From positions 513,279 through 577,278 of the forward strand of contig JAWKKV010000002.1 in assembly GCA_041393015.1 (NCBI GenBank): 64,000 nt of DNA, read 5' to 3'. Origin of the DNA: Chitinophagales bacterium (lineage in GTDB: Bacteria > Bacteroidota > Bacteroidia > Chitinophagales > JADIYW01). Both the position numbers and the translations under genes were made by a program. The notes under the pieces are model-generated. The model did not search any database and had not been told where the DNA came from. It was given only the letters and a program-made list of their open reading frames with translations. How positions within the stretch are numbered: the stretch's first letter is position 1; every line of letters starts with the position of its first letter. Shown piece after piece: positions 38,122 through 48,748 of this stretch.

Positions 38122-39423
38122 TTATAGTTTTTCAATATCAACTTTCTTATTGGGTCCTAGTTCATACAAGCTTGCCATTAATTCCTTTTTTAAAGTCGGC
38201 AGTTTATTTTCTAATCCATTGGCTTTATAAATTTCAGCCATTTGGTATAAGACAGCTGGCTCAAAAGTTTTACCTTCTACATGTTGATTAATAATCTCTA
38301 AAGCTTTCTTTTCATTGCCATCTTGATAGTTAGCCCAAGCTAAAAGTGCATAAGAATGTGCTGTCGCTCTATTGTCAATTTCCTTATTCGCCAATGCAAT
38401 TGCTTGATGAATACTGTTTGGATTTTCGGCATACAATTCAACATTATAGCTATTATACATATCGCCATACGCTTCTGAATTAGCACTCAAGATGGAGAAA
38501 TACTCATTTAAATATTTTTTCTTTCCTTCAAAATCATTATTGTATTCTGCCAAGTCAGCTTTGAATAAATAAAGATCAGGGGCATTATTTCTTGTTATTA
38601 ATTGATCGATAATTCTATTGGCTTCCTCCGTATTTTTCTCATGTGAAAAAACTATCCAAGCAATTCCTTTCAATGCATAATTGTAATTGGGATTAATGGC
38701 CAATGCTTTTAAATAATGATCATAAGAATCTTTAATTCTGCCCGCATGACCGTAAAAATCAGCCAAGTTGGTATACGACCAAAGCATTAGATGTTCGTTT
38801 TTAGCTTCTTCGGCTTTCAACTTTGCGCTTTCCATGTAAAAAATAGCTTTGTTTAAGTTGCCTTTATGATCTTCCCATTTAGATAAACGAATCAAGTAAT
38901 CAAAATCATTGAAGCTTTTCATCGCATATAAATATTGCTCTGCTTCTTTTTCATTGCCTAATTCTAAATAAACATCAAACAACATCTTTTCAGTTATATG
39001 AAGCTTATCTCCTATTGCCTCAGCCTTTTTCAATAATGCCAAGGCTTCTTTAAATCGATGTTGAGAAATATAGTTTCTACTTAGAGCTTGTAGATATCCG
39101 GGAGAAGTATAATTAACACGCTCATTCGCTTCTAACAAATAAGCTTCTGTTTGTTTTAAGTTTTCAATTTTTCCGGTGTATTCAAAAATGGTTGAATGCG
39201 CCAATGCCAATGGGCCAAAGTAAGATACTTGATTAGGAGCTGCCTCTAATTTCTCTTGCCAAAAGGTTTTTTCCTTTTCCGCTAAAGCAAGCGTATTGTT
39301 TTCTTTTATCGTTATATAGCTTTCATAATCTTCAACATTGGTGATTTGAGATTTTTCTTGCTGGCAACTAAATAAAGTGAAAGTTACCACTGCTATTGTT
39401 AAAATATGATACTTAAATTTCAT
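38122..39423 (-). CDS. TPR-repeat lipoprotein
   Basis: Signal peptide with a Cys lipobox (LFSC). Multiple TPR-like A..Y...A repeats. Confidence 0.6.
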   Translation of the reverse strand: MKFKYHILTIAVVTFTLFSCQQEKSQITNVEDYESYITIKENNTLALAEKEKTFWQEKLEAAPNQVSYFGPLALAHSTIFEYTGKIENLKQTEAYLLEANERVNYTSPGYLQALSRNYISQHRFKEALALLKKAEAIGDKLHITEKMLFDVYLELGNEKEAEQYLYAMKSFNDFDYLIRLSKWEDHKGNLNKAIFYMESAKLKAEEAKNEHLMLWSYTNLADFYGHAGRIKDSYDHYLKALAINPNYNYALKGIAWIVFSHEKNTEEANRIIDQLITRNNAPDLYLFKADLAEYNNDFEGKKKYLNEYFSILSANSEAYGDMYNSYNVELYAENPNSIHQAIALANKEIDNRATAHSYALLAWANYQDGNEKKALEIINQHVEGKTFEPAVLYQMAEIYKANGLENKLPTLKKELMASLYELGPNKKVDIEKL

Positions 39424-39500
39424 AGTTCTTTTTTTGTAGTTGAGTGAGTTAAAAATTCAGCACACGAAATAAGCCGTGTGCTGAAATCAATTCATCTATT

Positions 39501-40037
39501 TTACCATGGGGAAGCCAAGTAAGGGAAAGTCGATAAAAATACTTTATCATTTGCACTTACATTGTCGGAAGTTAATTGTGGATTTGATGTTCCGGCAGGA
39601 CCACCAAAAATTAGCAAAAGTTCAACGTCTATAACATCATCTGCCAATGCTCTACCTGTTAGTATTTCTGTACCGTTAAAAAAGGTAGTAATACCAGAGG
39701 TTTTTACATTTAACACATCAGTAGCTAATAAACCGGTTAGTGTTGCAGCATCTTGACCTAATGCATTGGTTGTGTAACCAGGATTTAAGGCCAACAACTT
39801 CGTTTGAAAAGCTGATTGATAAGCACTATTTTGATCTTTAGGTGCTGTTCTGTTAAAGTTATCTTTGCTGCCGGCATTAACAAAAACAGTGTTGATTGCC
39901 GGTCTTGCCATTTGATCTTTTTGTGAAAAAGTTCCACTAAAATCTGGCTCATTAGTCATGTCATCGTCATCGCAGCTTACAAAAAATGTTGCTGTCAAAA
40001 AGACAAGAAATACGTATTTTAAGTTTGATATTTTCAT
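39501..40037 (-). CDS. hypothetical lipoprotein (acidic Asp-rich segment after the lipobox)
   Basis: Signal peptide plus lipobox FFVSCDDDD. 178 aa. Confidence 0.4.
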   Translation of the reverse strand: MKISNLKYVFLVFLTATFFVSCDDDDMTNEPDFSGTFSQKDQMARPAINTVFVNAGSKDNFNRTAPKDQNSAYQSAFQTKLLALNPGYTTNALGQDAATLTGLLATDVLNVKTSGITTFFNGTEILTGRALADDVIDVELLLIFGGPAGTSNPQLTSDNVSANDKVFLSTFPYLASPW

Positions 40038-40071
40038 GATTATATTTTTTATTTTGATTGAATAATTGTGA

Positions 40072-40722
40072 TTACTTAGACTTAGTTTCTACCCAAGTAT
40101 TCAAGGTTCCAGTTCCACCTAACATTGATTTAGGAACTTCCACAACCACTGACATAACGTTAGTGCCTGCAAAGGTATCGTCACCCGGATTGTTAAATGC
40201 GGTTGTATCGCCAGCAATAATTTTGGAATATTGACCAAAATCAAAAAAGAAAGGATCATCTCTTGGCCCAGCAAAATATTTCATTCCACCACTTGTAGCG
40301 GTTATAGCACTACTTCCAGTGGTTATATCTACACTTGCTGGAGATGCACTAGTTTTAATGGTACTTGTTAATCCTGGTGTTCCGGGATCAACTGGTCCAA
40401 AGAAATACATTTTACCATTTCTTGGAATCGCTTGAATCACTAAATCTTCAATATTGTCGCCATCATTGTCAATATTGAATTCAATTAATACGTTCTCATC
40501 AAATCTTGCTTCTGATGTAGCCGCCGGACTGATTAATCCTTGAACATTAGCAACAAATACTAAATTATCAGTATCCGCTCCTCTAAAAGCATAGAAATCC
40601 GTAATATCTGATGTTCCACCTTGTACTGCAGGTGCGTCAATATGGTCGGCCGCTATTAATGCGCCACCCATTAGCAATATGCCCATTATCCAAAACAGGC
40701 TTCTTGATTTTTTAATTTTCAT
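40072..40722 (-). CDS. secreted hypothetical protein (possibly DUF4331-like; family assignment tentative)
   Basis: Signal peptide, then an ADHIDAP motif; Gly/Thr-rich. 216 aa. Confidence 0.4.
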   Translation of the reverse strand: MKIKKSRSLFWIMGILLMGGALIAADHIDAPAVQGGTSDITDFYAFRGADTDNLVFVANVQGLISPAATSEARFDENVLIEFNIDNDGDNIEDLVIQAIPRNGKMYFFGPVDPGTPGLTSTIKTSASPASVDITTGSSAITATSGGMKYFAGPRDDPFFFDFGQYSKIIAGDTTAFNNPGDDTFAGTNVMSVVVEVPKSMLGGTGTLNTWVETKSK

Positions 40723-40979
40723 AATTAATGTTTTAATTGATTAAATTTTTATTACACCCTTACCTACGAAGTTTTTGAAAGAGCGGTTTTTTTTAATCCA
40801 ATAAAAATGAAAACGAGATAAATGTATCAGCTAATCATTAGCTATACGGAGAGATTGAGAATAAATAGGAAAACTAAAAAATATTCTACAAGTAGATATA
40901 TTGACTCAATACACCTAAAATCAAGACTTCTAACATCTAGCTTAAATTAAGAAGATTGGTTTGAAAACTTATATATAAA

Positions 40980-42296
40980 TTATAAGTATGCAGCAATTGC
41001 ATTCCCAGATAATCTATTAATATTGATTTCGATTGCCTTTAAAGAAAATTGCAATTGAATTAAAGATAACTCTGTATTGAGTAGATTTAACTGAGTAGTT
41101 CTAAAATCAAAACCATTGATAGCTCCTTGTTTCAATTGTTCTGAAGTAGTGTTGTAAACTTTTTTCATCGCTTCAATATTATTGTTGGCCAAAGCAATTC
41201 TAGAACTTACTGAAAGATATTGATAATATAGATCCAACACATTGGCATCAATATTTTGGTTGACTTGCGCTTTAGACAATGATGCGCTTTCAATATCAAT
41301 TTTAGAATTTTCAATGATTCTAGTTGTTTCACCTCCATTGTATAAATTGAAGTTTATATTTACTCCAAAGAGTGGCCCAATATTTCTGCTCGACTCAACG
41401 AAACCTACTTCTGAAAATGAATGAGTGTATTGCGCGCCTCCAAACAAATCAATTCTAGGATAACGATCTGCTTTTGCTAAACGCAATGTTGTTTCTGAAA
41501 TCAACTCTAACAAACGCTGTTGTTGTAATTGCTTATTGTTGTTTTTTATGGCATTCAAAAGCGAATCTTTCTTCGGTAAAGGTTGAATTGAAAATTTTTG
41601 GTCAGAAAAATCATATGATTGTTCTAAATCATTATTTAACAACCTATTTAACTCTATTTCTAATGATTTAATGGTATTTATCTGTCCGATTAGTCTTATG
41701 CTGTCGGTTTGATAATCCACTAATGACTGTCCGTAGTCAATGGCTCTACCACCGCCTACATCTTTTCTCTTTTTCTCAATTCCTAATCTGAAAGCCGATA
41801 TGTCTAAAGATTGCTGAAAATTGGCTAATAATTGCTTTTCATATAACAATTGATAATAAGCCATAGTAACATCAGCAACGGTTTGTTCAATATAGAATTT
41901 CACATCTACATCACTCAATTGCTCTAAATAGCCCAATTGCTCTTTTCTTGCTTGTACTCTAAACCCATCAAAAGCGGTCCAGTTTAACAAAACAGATGCA
42001 TTGATATTGGTGTTGTTAGCAAAATTACCTGATCGTTCAACACCATCCGCAAATTTCTGCTTTGTGCTATTAAATGAAGTAGTAACACCACTTGAAAGAT
42101 CTATCGTTGGTAATTTGCCCGCATTGCCATTGGTGTTATTGTTAGTAGCAATAGTGGCATCGTTCTTTAGAATTTTAATTTCATAATTATTCTCTATAGC
42201 GGTATTAATTAATTCCTCCAGCGTTTGTGCTGACATGGGAGTAATACAACCTACCAAAAATATGGCTACTAATATTCTATTGAAAATCTGCTTCAT
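40980..42296 (-). CDS. TolC-family outer-membrane efflux protein
   Basis: Signal peptide and two-repeat OEP architecture. It overlaps the RND pump gene by 20 nt. Confidence 0.75.
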   Translation of the reverse strand: MKQIFNRILVAIFLVGCITPMSAQTLEELINTAIENNYEIKILKNDATIATNNNTNGNAGKLPTIDLSSGVTTSFNSTKQKFADGVERSGNFANNTNINASVLLNWTAFDGFRVQARKEQLGYLEQLSDVDVKFYIEQTVADVTMAYYQLLYEKQLLANFQQSLDISAFRLGIEKKRKDVGGGRAIDYGQSLVDYQTDSIRLIGQINTIKSLEIELNRLLNNDLEQSYDFSDQKFSIQPLPKKDSLLNAIKNNNKQLQQQRLLELISETTLRLAKADRYPRIDLFGGAQYTHSFSEVGFVESSRNIGPLFGVNINFNLYNGGETTRIIENSKIDIESASLSKAQVNQNIDANVLDLYYQYLSVSSRIALANNNIEAMKKVYNTTSEQLKQGAINGFDFRTTQLNLLNTELSLIQLQFSLKAIEININRLSGNAIAAYL

Positions 42297-45200
42297 CTAC
42301 TATTTTGTTCTCTTTACTGGCGATATAAGTATATAGTGCCGGAATTATATATAAGGTTAAAATCAATGCCAATATTAACCCTCCGATAATGGTTAAACCC
42401 ATTGGTACTCTACTCGTAGAAGAATCTCCCAAAGCTAAAGCAATTGGAAGTGCTCCTAAAACAGTAGATAAACTGGTCATTAAAATAGGTCTAAATCTTT
42501 GGGAGGCGGCTTCATAAGCAGCTTCTTTTAAGTTCATTCCCGAATCTCTTTTTTGATTGGCAAATTCTACAATTAGAATACCGTTTTTGGTAACAATACC
42601 AATCAGAACAATCATACCAATCTGACTAAATATATTGAGCGTTTGACCGAATGCCCATAGAGTAACCACTGCACCGGCTAATGCTAGCGGTACGGTTAAC
42701 ATGATGATAAATGGATCTCGGAAACTTTCAAATTGTGCTGCGAGCGTTAGATATACAAGGATTAAGGCGAAAATAAATATGGTTGTTGTACTTTTTGAAC
42801 TTTCGGCATATTCAGAAGCACTACCCGCCAACTCTGTTTTAAATGATTCAGGTAATAACTCTTTAGCGATTTTCTGCATTTCTTCAATCCCCTCTCCCAT
42901 TGAAAAACCCGGTGCTGGCGAAGCTTGAACAGTTGCCGAAATATATCTATTGTATCGTAGTAAGGATGGTGGACGACTTTGATAGTCTATTTCTACGAGG
43001 TTATCCAGCGTAACCATCTCATTTTTGTTGTTTCTAACGGTTATATTATTTAAGTCTAATGGTTTACTCTTTTTATCCTTTATGGCTTCTGTGATAACAT
43101 AGTATTGCTTACCATCTTGAATATAGTAACCTAATCTTTCCTCACTTAAAAAAGTCTGCAAGGTTTCAGCAATATCAGATACGCTAACACCCATTAAAGA
43201 AGATTTACTTCTATTTATCGTTACAGTAATTTCTGGTTTGTTAAAAACCAAATCCACATCAGAAGCAGCAAATTTTTCACTGGTTTGAACCCTTTCCATG
43301 AAAGTAGGGAGAATATCTTTTAACTTTTCTAGATCGGGCGCTTGAAGCACCATTTGAATGGGTAATCCGCCACCACCATTGTTTCCGCTAATAGTAGGTT
43401 CTTGAATGACAAATGATTTGGCAAAAGTTAATTGTCTTAATTTCTGATTGATTTCATTGGCCAATTGATCTTGAGATTTTTTACGCTCACTAGGTTGCTT
43501 CAATGGCATAAAAATAAAAGATGAGTTTACGGAAGTTGAAGCTCTAAAAGTTGGAGACGTAACGCCTAATAAAAAGGCCTTTTCAGGAACGGTATCCAAT
43601 AGCTGCATCAACTTGTATTGATAATTGTCCATTGCTTCAAATGAAGTGCCTTCCGGTGCTGTAGAAACAATCCGCAAACGGCTTTTATCTTCCATAGGTG
43701 CTAGTTCTGATTCTAACATAGAACCTACCCAAAATATAACGCCTAACATCAAAAGAAAAATTGGAAATGCTAACCATCTATGGCGCATAAATCCCTTTAA
43801 TGAATTAGAATATTTTTCAATGAGTTTATTGACAATATTACCAGCAAAGCGCTCTAAGAAGTTTTCTTTCTTACTTTTCTTAAGCATTCTAGAACTCATC
43901 ATTGGTGTTAGAGAAAGCGTTATAAATGTAGATATAACAATAGCTCCCACAACAACCATGGCAAACTCTCTAAACAACTGCCCCGTTAAACCAGGCATAA
44001 AAAAGATAGGTAAAAACACACAAACCAATGAAATTGAGGTGGCAATTACAGCAAAGAATACTTCCCTTGCTCCTTCAAATGCTGCTTTCATAGGATGCAT
44101 GCCTGTCTCAATCTTGGCATATATATTCTCCATTACTACAATGGCATCATCTACTACCAATCCTGTCGCTAAAACCAAACCTAATAAAGACAAAATATTA
44201 ATGGAGTAACCGGCGGCATACAATACAGCAAAACTACCAATGAGCGCAATTGGAATTAAAATTATCGGTATTAAAGTGGTTCTCCAATTTCTTAGAAAGA
44301 AGAAAATAACCAATAATACTAAGAAAAATGCCAATAATATGGTTGATTTAACCTCGCTAATCGCTTTACGAATTGTAATTGTTCTATCTAATGCCACATC
44401 TAAAACAATGTCTGGTGGCAAATCTTGTTTCATAATTTCAAGCCGACGAAAAGCTTCATCTACAATTTCAATATAATTAGAACCCGGTTGCGGTTGTAAA
44501 GCAATTCCCACCATTGGAATAACGCCATTACCACGAAGTAAGGTACGCTCAGCTTCTGCTCCAATTCGAGCGCTACCAACATCTTTCAACTTGATTAAAG
44601 TATTGTTACTGGTTCCGATAATTAAATCTTCAAATTCTTCCGGGGTAGATAAACGACCAATGGTACGAACGGTTAATTCGGTTTCTCTTCCTTCAATTAT
44701 ACCAGATGGAAGCTCTATATTTTGTGCAGCTAAAGCACTTTTAATATCAATAGGTGTAATATTTAAATTTGCCATTTTAGTTGGATCTAACTCCAACCTC
44801 ATTGCATATTTTTTCTCCCCCCAAATACGAATGCTACTTACACCAGGAATAGTTTGTAACCGTTCTTTAAAAATATCATTCCCAATTTGGGTAAGTTCTA
44901 ACAAACCTCTTTTATCACTTTGTACGGTAATGGACAAAATAGTTTCAGCATTGGCATCCGCTTTATTTACTGTTGGCGGATCCGCATCAGGCGGTAAATT
45001 TCTAGTAGCTCTAGATACTTTATCTCGAATATCATTAGCCGCATCATTTAAATCAATTTCAGGTAAAAACTCAGCTGTAATTGTACTTCTACCGTCAGTA
45101 CTGATGGAACTCAAAATTTTTATCCCTTCAACACTATTAATCTGTTCTTCTAAAGGTTCTGTAATTTGCGACTCAATAATATCTGCGTTGGCACCACTGT

Positions 45201-45351
45201 AATTGGTTTGTACCGTTACTACCGGCGGATCGACACTTGGATATTCACGAACACCCAATGACGTGTAACCCAATACACCCAGCAAAACAATAACAATTGC
45301 AAATACAATTGCTAGAACAGGTCTTTTTATACTTAAATCTGATAAGGTCAT
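42277..45351 (-). CDS. RND-family multidrug efflux permease (AcrB/HAE1-like)
   Basis: 1024 aa, 12-TM AcrB architecture with large periplasmic loops. Canonical N-terminus MTLSDLSIKRPVLAIV. Confidence 0.9.
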   Translation of the reverse strand: MTLSDLSIKRPVLAIVFAIVIVLLGVLGYTSLGVREYPSVDPPVVTVQTNYSGANADIIESQITEPLEEQINSVEGIKILSSISTDGRSTITAEFLPEIDLNDAANDIRDKVSRATRNLPPDADPPTVNKADANAETILSITVQSDKRGLLELTQIGNDIFKERLQTIPGVSSIRIWGEKKYAMRLELDPTKMANLNITPIDIKSALAAQNIELPSGIIEGRETELTVRTIGRLSTPEEFEDLIIGTSNNTLIKLKDVGSARIGAEAERTLLRGNGVIPMVGIALQPQPGSNYIEIVDEAFRRLEIMKQDLPPDIVLDVALDRTITIRKAISEVKSTILLAFFLVLLVIFFFLRNWRTTLIPIILIPIALIGSFAVLYAAGYSINILSLLGLVLATGLVVDDAIVVMENIYAKIETGMHPMKAAFEGAREVFFAVIATSISLVCVFLPIFFMPGLTGQLFREFAMVVVGAIVISTFITLSLTPMMSSRMLKKSKKENFLERFAGNIVNKLIEKYSNSLKGFMRHRWLAFPIFLLMLGVIFWVGSMLESELAPMEDKSRLRIVSTAPEGTSFEAMDNYQYKLMQLLDTVPEKAFLLGVTSPTFRASTSVNSSFIFMPLKQPSERKKSQDQLANEINQKLRQLTFAKSFVIQEPTISGNNGGGGLPIQMVLQAPDLEKLKDILPTFMERVQTSEKFAASDVDLVFNKPEITVTINRSKSSLMGVSVSDIAETLQTFLSEERLGYYIQDGKQYYVITEAIKDKKSKPLDLNNITVRNNKNEMVTLDNLVEIDYQSRPPSLLRYNRYISATVQASPAPGFSMGEGIEEMQKIAKELLPESFKTELAGSASEYAESSKSTTTIFIFALILVYLTLAAQFESFRDPFIIMLTVPLALAGAVVTLWAFGQTLNIFSQIGMIVLIGIVTKNGILIVEFANQKRDSGMNLKEAAYEAASQRFRPILMTSLSTVLGALPIALALGDSSTSRVPMGLTIIGGLILALILTLYIIPALYTYIASKENKIVDEADFQ

Positions 45352-45365
45352 TTGCTGTTAGGTTT

Positions 45366-46406
45366 TTATTTAACTGATTGTAAGTTTACACCCATTCCTT
45401 CTTTCACTAAAAGTAATCCGGTTGTAATTAGGGTATCACCAGCAGCTATACCAGATATAACATTTACCTTTTCATCCGTTCTGTTACCAATTTTAACTGT
45501 TTTTCTATGAGCTTTGCCATTACTGTATACGTAAACCGTTTGTTCGTTAATTTCAGGAACAATAGCTTGAGTTGGCACCATTAATGCATCATTGAGATAA
45601 TTAGTGGCAATAACAACTTCTGCAAAAGTACCGGGCATAATCATTTTACCCGATGGTTGCTTTAATAAAGCACGTACACTAATGGTTCTTGATGATTCCT
45701 TTATCACTGGATTAATCGCATAAATTTTGGCGTCTAAAGTATCTTTTTCAATTACAACTTTAATTGTTCCGCCTAACTTTATACTTGCTTTATGTTCTTG
45801 TGGTACTTCAAAATCAACCTTAAGTTGACTTACTTCGGTTATAGTTGTGATAACATCTCCTTCTCTTAAGTAGGCTCCTTTACTAAAATTTCGCATCCCT
45901 AACTGACCAGAAAATGGTGCTGTTACATTAGCCAAGTCAATATTTATTTCTAGCTGTTTAATACTTGATTTTAAGCTCTCCACTAATGAAAAGGCCGTTT
46001 CTATCTCTTCTTGAGTACTTCCTTCAATTTCCAACAATGCCTTTTTTCTATCAAGATCACTATTGGCAGCATCTAATTGAGCATTCAATCCTAACAACTG
46101 AGCTTTCCAGCTTCTATCATCAATATGTACAATTGATTGACCTTTATATGTTTTTTCTCCTTCCTTAAAATGAATATCTAACACTTGACCAGAAATTGGT
46201 GATTTTAATTCCACGTTCTCATTAGGAATAAGATTAGCTGTTATAATAATTTCATTGTTAAATGGTTCTGGAACCACTTTGTATCCTTCCACTTCTAAGG
46301 CTTTCTTAGGCGCTACTGCTTGTTGATCTTTGGCCCCTGATCCGCTGCAGCTTACTACTAAAACTGCGCTAAACACTATTAAAATATTGGTGTAAGTTTT
46401 CTTCAT
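45366..46406 (-). CDS. RND efflux periplasmic adaptor (membrane-fusion protein)
   Basis: Lipoprotein signal, coiled-coil hairpin and beta-barrel domains. Operon position. Confidence 0.8.
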   Translation of the reverse strand: MKKTYTNILIVFSAVLVVSCSGSGAKDQQAVAPKKALEVEGYKVVPEPFNNEIIITANLIPNENVELKSPISGQVLDIHFKEGEKTYKGQSIVHIDDRSWKAQLLGLNAQLDAANSDLDRKKALLEIEGSTQEEIETAFSLVESLKSSIKQLEINIDLANVTAPFSGQLGMRNFSKGAYLREGDVITTITEVSQLKVDFEVPQEHKASIKLGGTIKVVIEKDTLDAKIYAINPVIKESSRTISVRALLKQPSGKMIMPGTFAEVVIATNYLNDALMVPTQAIVPEINEQTVYVYSNGKAHRKTVKIGNRTDEKVNVISGIAAGDTLITTGLLLVKEGMGVNLQSVK

Positions 46407-46407
46407 A

Positions 46408-46881
46408 CTATTTTTCTGTATTTCTCTTGAATGCTTTAATTACAAATTTTGGTTCCGGTAAAGTGTTGATTGTTTTATTCAATCGCTCCATACTGTTCTT
46501 AAAATCTGATATTTCTTGTTCTGTAAAGCCTTGAAACAAAATTTCATTGGCTTGGTTGATTGCCTCTTTTATCTTAGGAAATAATTCCATCCCTTTAGGT
46601 GTAACTTCCAGCAGATGACAACGTTTATCATGCTCATCTTGTTTTCGGATCACCAGATTCCTTTTACTTAAATAATCTACTTTACGCATTGCGGCTACTT
46701 TGTCAATTTTCAAAGCGTTTGCAAGATCATTTTGTGTTACTTTATTACTGTTCTCGCATAAATAAATCATTGGAACAAAAGCTCGTTCCAATCCATAAGG
46801 CTTCATAATTGTTGATATAGTACTGAGATATACCTCGGAAATCCGAGCCATTTCGTAACCATATATGTTTGAAGTAGTCAA
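46408..46881 (-). CDS. MarR-family transcriptional regulator
   Basis: A winged HTH of MarR type. It starts the efflux operon, 2 nt upstream of the MFP gene. Confidence 0.8.
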   Translation of the reverse strand: MTTSNIYGYEMARISEVYLSTISTIMKPYGLERAFVPMIYLCENSNKVTQNDLANALKIDKVAAMRKVDYLSKRNLVIRKQDEHDKRCHLLEVTPKGMELFPKIKEAINQANEILFQGFTEQEISDFKNSMERLNKTINTLPEPKFVIKAFKRNTEK

Positions 46882-46913
46882 TTAATTGTTTTAAAATAGA
46901 TTTTCAAATAATG

Positions 46914-46927
46914 GTTACAAATGTAAC
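46914..46927. promoter_or_regulatory. inverted repeat gttacaaatgtaac, a candidate MarR operator upstream of the marR-efflux operon
   Basis: Seen directly, about 35 bp upstream of the marR start. Confidence 0.3.
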
Positions 46928-47186
46928 TAAATGGGAAAAATAGGATACTTAAAAACAGTTAAAATTTGTGATTAATCAACTAACATTATCTTACTGATAT
47001 TTAAAAGAGACTTTTACGTTAGTTGAATTTGTGACTTTAAAACAAAGGCTCCGTCTCAATGTTGTTATAAACTAAATAGCTTTCCATAGATACAGAATTT
47101 AGTTTTATAATAGCGAAACAATTAACCTCTTTAAAAGGATGGGTAACTATTGTTCAATGGTTACTCATTTTTTATCTCCTTTTAAT

Positions 47187-47402
47187 TTATCTATTTCTTG
47201 GATAAATTACTTCATGACAAACCGGATAATTCTTTTTGATATGTTCTTTAGTAATTCCTACACCAGCTAAAAACCCCAACCCTAAACATAATACTGCAAT
47301 AATACCCCATGTGGCTAATTTTCGAGTTACTTTAAAAAAGAAACTAACTATTACAATTAGTAATAATACGCCTAAAATAATCTTTACTTGATTCGGATCC
47401 AT
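47187..47402 (-). CDS. small two-TM membrane protein (hypothetical)
   Basis: 71 aa with two hydrophobic helices. Confidence 0.35.
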   Translation of the reverse strand: MDPNQVKIILGVLLLIVIVSFFFKVTRKLATWGIIAVLCLGLGFLAGVGITKEHIKKNYPVCHEVIYPRNR

Positions 47403-47485
47403 TACTGTTTTTATTAATTAAGATAAAACATTAGTAGCAAACTTAAACGTTGCGCCGTTGATATTATTAACACATTGAATTATAA

Positions 47486-47516
47486 AAAAGGTCATTCCTA
47501 GTTGGAATGACCTTTC
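47486..47516 (-). terminator. intrinsic terminator (stem ggtcattcc/ggaatgacc, followed by a T-run on the minus strand)
   Basis: Seen directly, just downstream of the TPR (pseudo)gene stop. Confidence 0.55.
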
Positions 47517-47578
47517 TAAACTTTCCAAATTTAACTTATTCTCCTTTTAACTCTTTTACTTTATCTAGCATATTCATG

Positions 47579-48720
47579 TTAGCATAAATTCTTTCTTTTA
47601 AATGCTCTTTTTACAGCAAGATTCTCTTTATCTAAATTATATGCTTTTTCAAGATATGGCAAAGCTTTATTGTAGTACTCATCTCTTTGAGGCTCTAATT
47701 TTACCGCTTGTTTCCAATCTGTCATGTCGTTCATTTCCTTAATCACATCATTAGCTTTCTCATTGTAATAAGCTCCCAAATTTAAGTAAGCTGCATGATA
47801 AGTTGGATCCTTTCAATAATCTTAGTATAAGTCTCAATCCATTTTTTCTTTATCGCCTAATTTATCATAAGCCAAAGCTAAATTGAAATACAAATCCAAA
47901 TTGTCGGGCTTTAATGAAATCGCTTCTAACAATTTATCAATCGCTTTATCAGATTGATTTGTTCCAATGTAATAGTTCAATTCTGAATCTACTAAACTTT
48001 CATTTTCAGGATATTTTTTCTTCCAGCATCAATGATAGCTTTTGCTTCTTCATAATTCTCTTTACTGATGTATATTGACGATAAATTGGCATATACATTA
48101 TCATTCGCAACGCCCATTTTAATAAGGTCTTCATAAATTTTAGCTGCCTTATCATAATCTTTGGCATTTAAAGCACACAAAGCAGCATTTTCATAGCCAT
48201 CCTTTTTCATTACATCTGCATCAGCTCTATCGTTGTCAGAAATTAATGAATTCGAGTCCATAAAATCAACCATTTCTGTGCTTCTAAGAAAACCATTCAA
48301 TGCATTTTCAAATTCTCCAGCATTAAATTTTTCTACCGCTTTTTCAAAATGTCCTCTTGAAACGGTAAATAATCCGTCTTTAATATCATTTTTATATCTA
48401 CCCGGCTTTTTTTCAGCCGCCATATCCAAATCATACGCTTTTTTGTAAGCCTCATCTGCAATTTGTAAAGAATTTGGAGCCATTAATAAACCTTCCATTT
48501 GAAGCACATATATTTGCATATAGATATCTGCTTTCACTAACCAAGCTTTAGCCATTGTTTCAACTTCTGGATCTGAGAATGCTTCAGTAATCAAAGTTTT
48601 AGCTTCTTTTAACTGAGACTCGCTCAAAGCTGACGAAGCGGCAATAACTTTTCCTTTTTGCGCTTGTGATAGTATCGTTATTGATACTAGAAGTAATGTT
48701 AGTAATCGTTTCATAGTCAA
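47579..48720 (-). pseudogene. TPR-repeat lipoprotein gene interrupted by three homopolymer frameshifts (T6 at 48014-48019, T6 at 47842-47847, CC at 47809-47810)
   Basis: Translating with +1 A, -1 A and +1 G at these runs gives one continuous TPR protein: ...GKKKYPENESLVDSELNYY...GDKEKWIETYTKIIERDPTYHAAYLNLGAYYNEKAN... Confidence 0.55.
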
Positions 48721-48748
48721 TAGTTTATATTCAATTTTTAGTTCCTAT

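Noticed and set aside
39501-40722. Possibility that the two adjacent secreted ORFs are one frameshifted gene
   Set aside because: The downstream ORF has its own signal peptide and lipobox, and a 34-bp spacer separates them. They were kept as separate genes.
43625-45202. Several 75-200-aa plus-strand ORFs inside the RND pump gene (and similar ones inside gyrA, hsdR, the aldehyde dehydrogenase and the TolC gene)
   Set aside because: They are antisense shadows of long, confidently assigned genes, Ser/Ile-rich, and lack start context.
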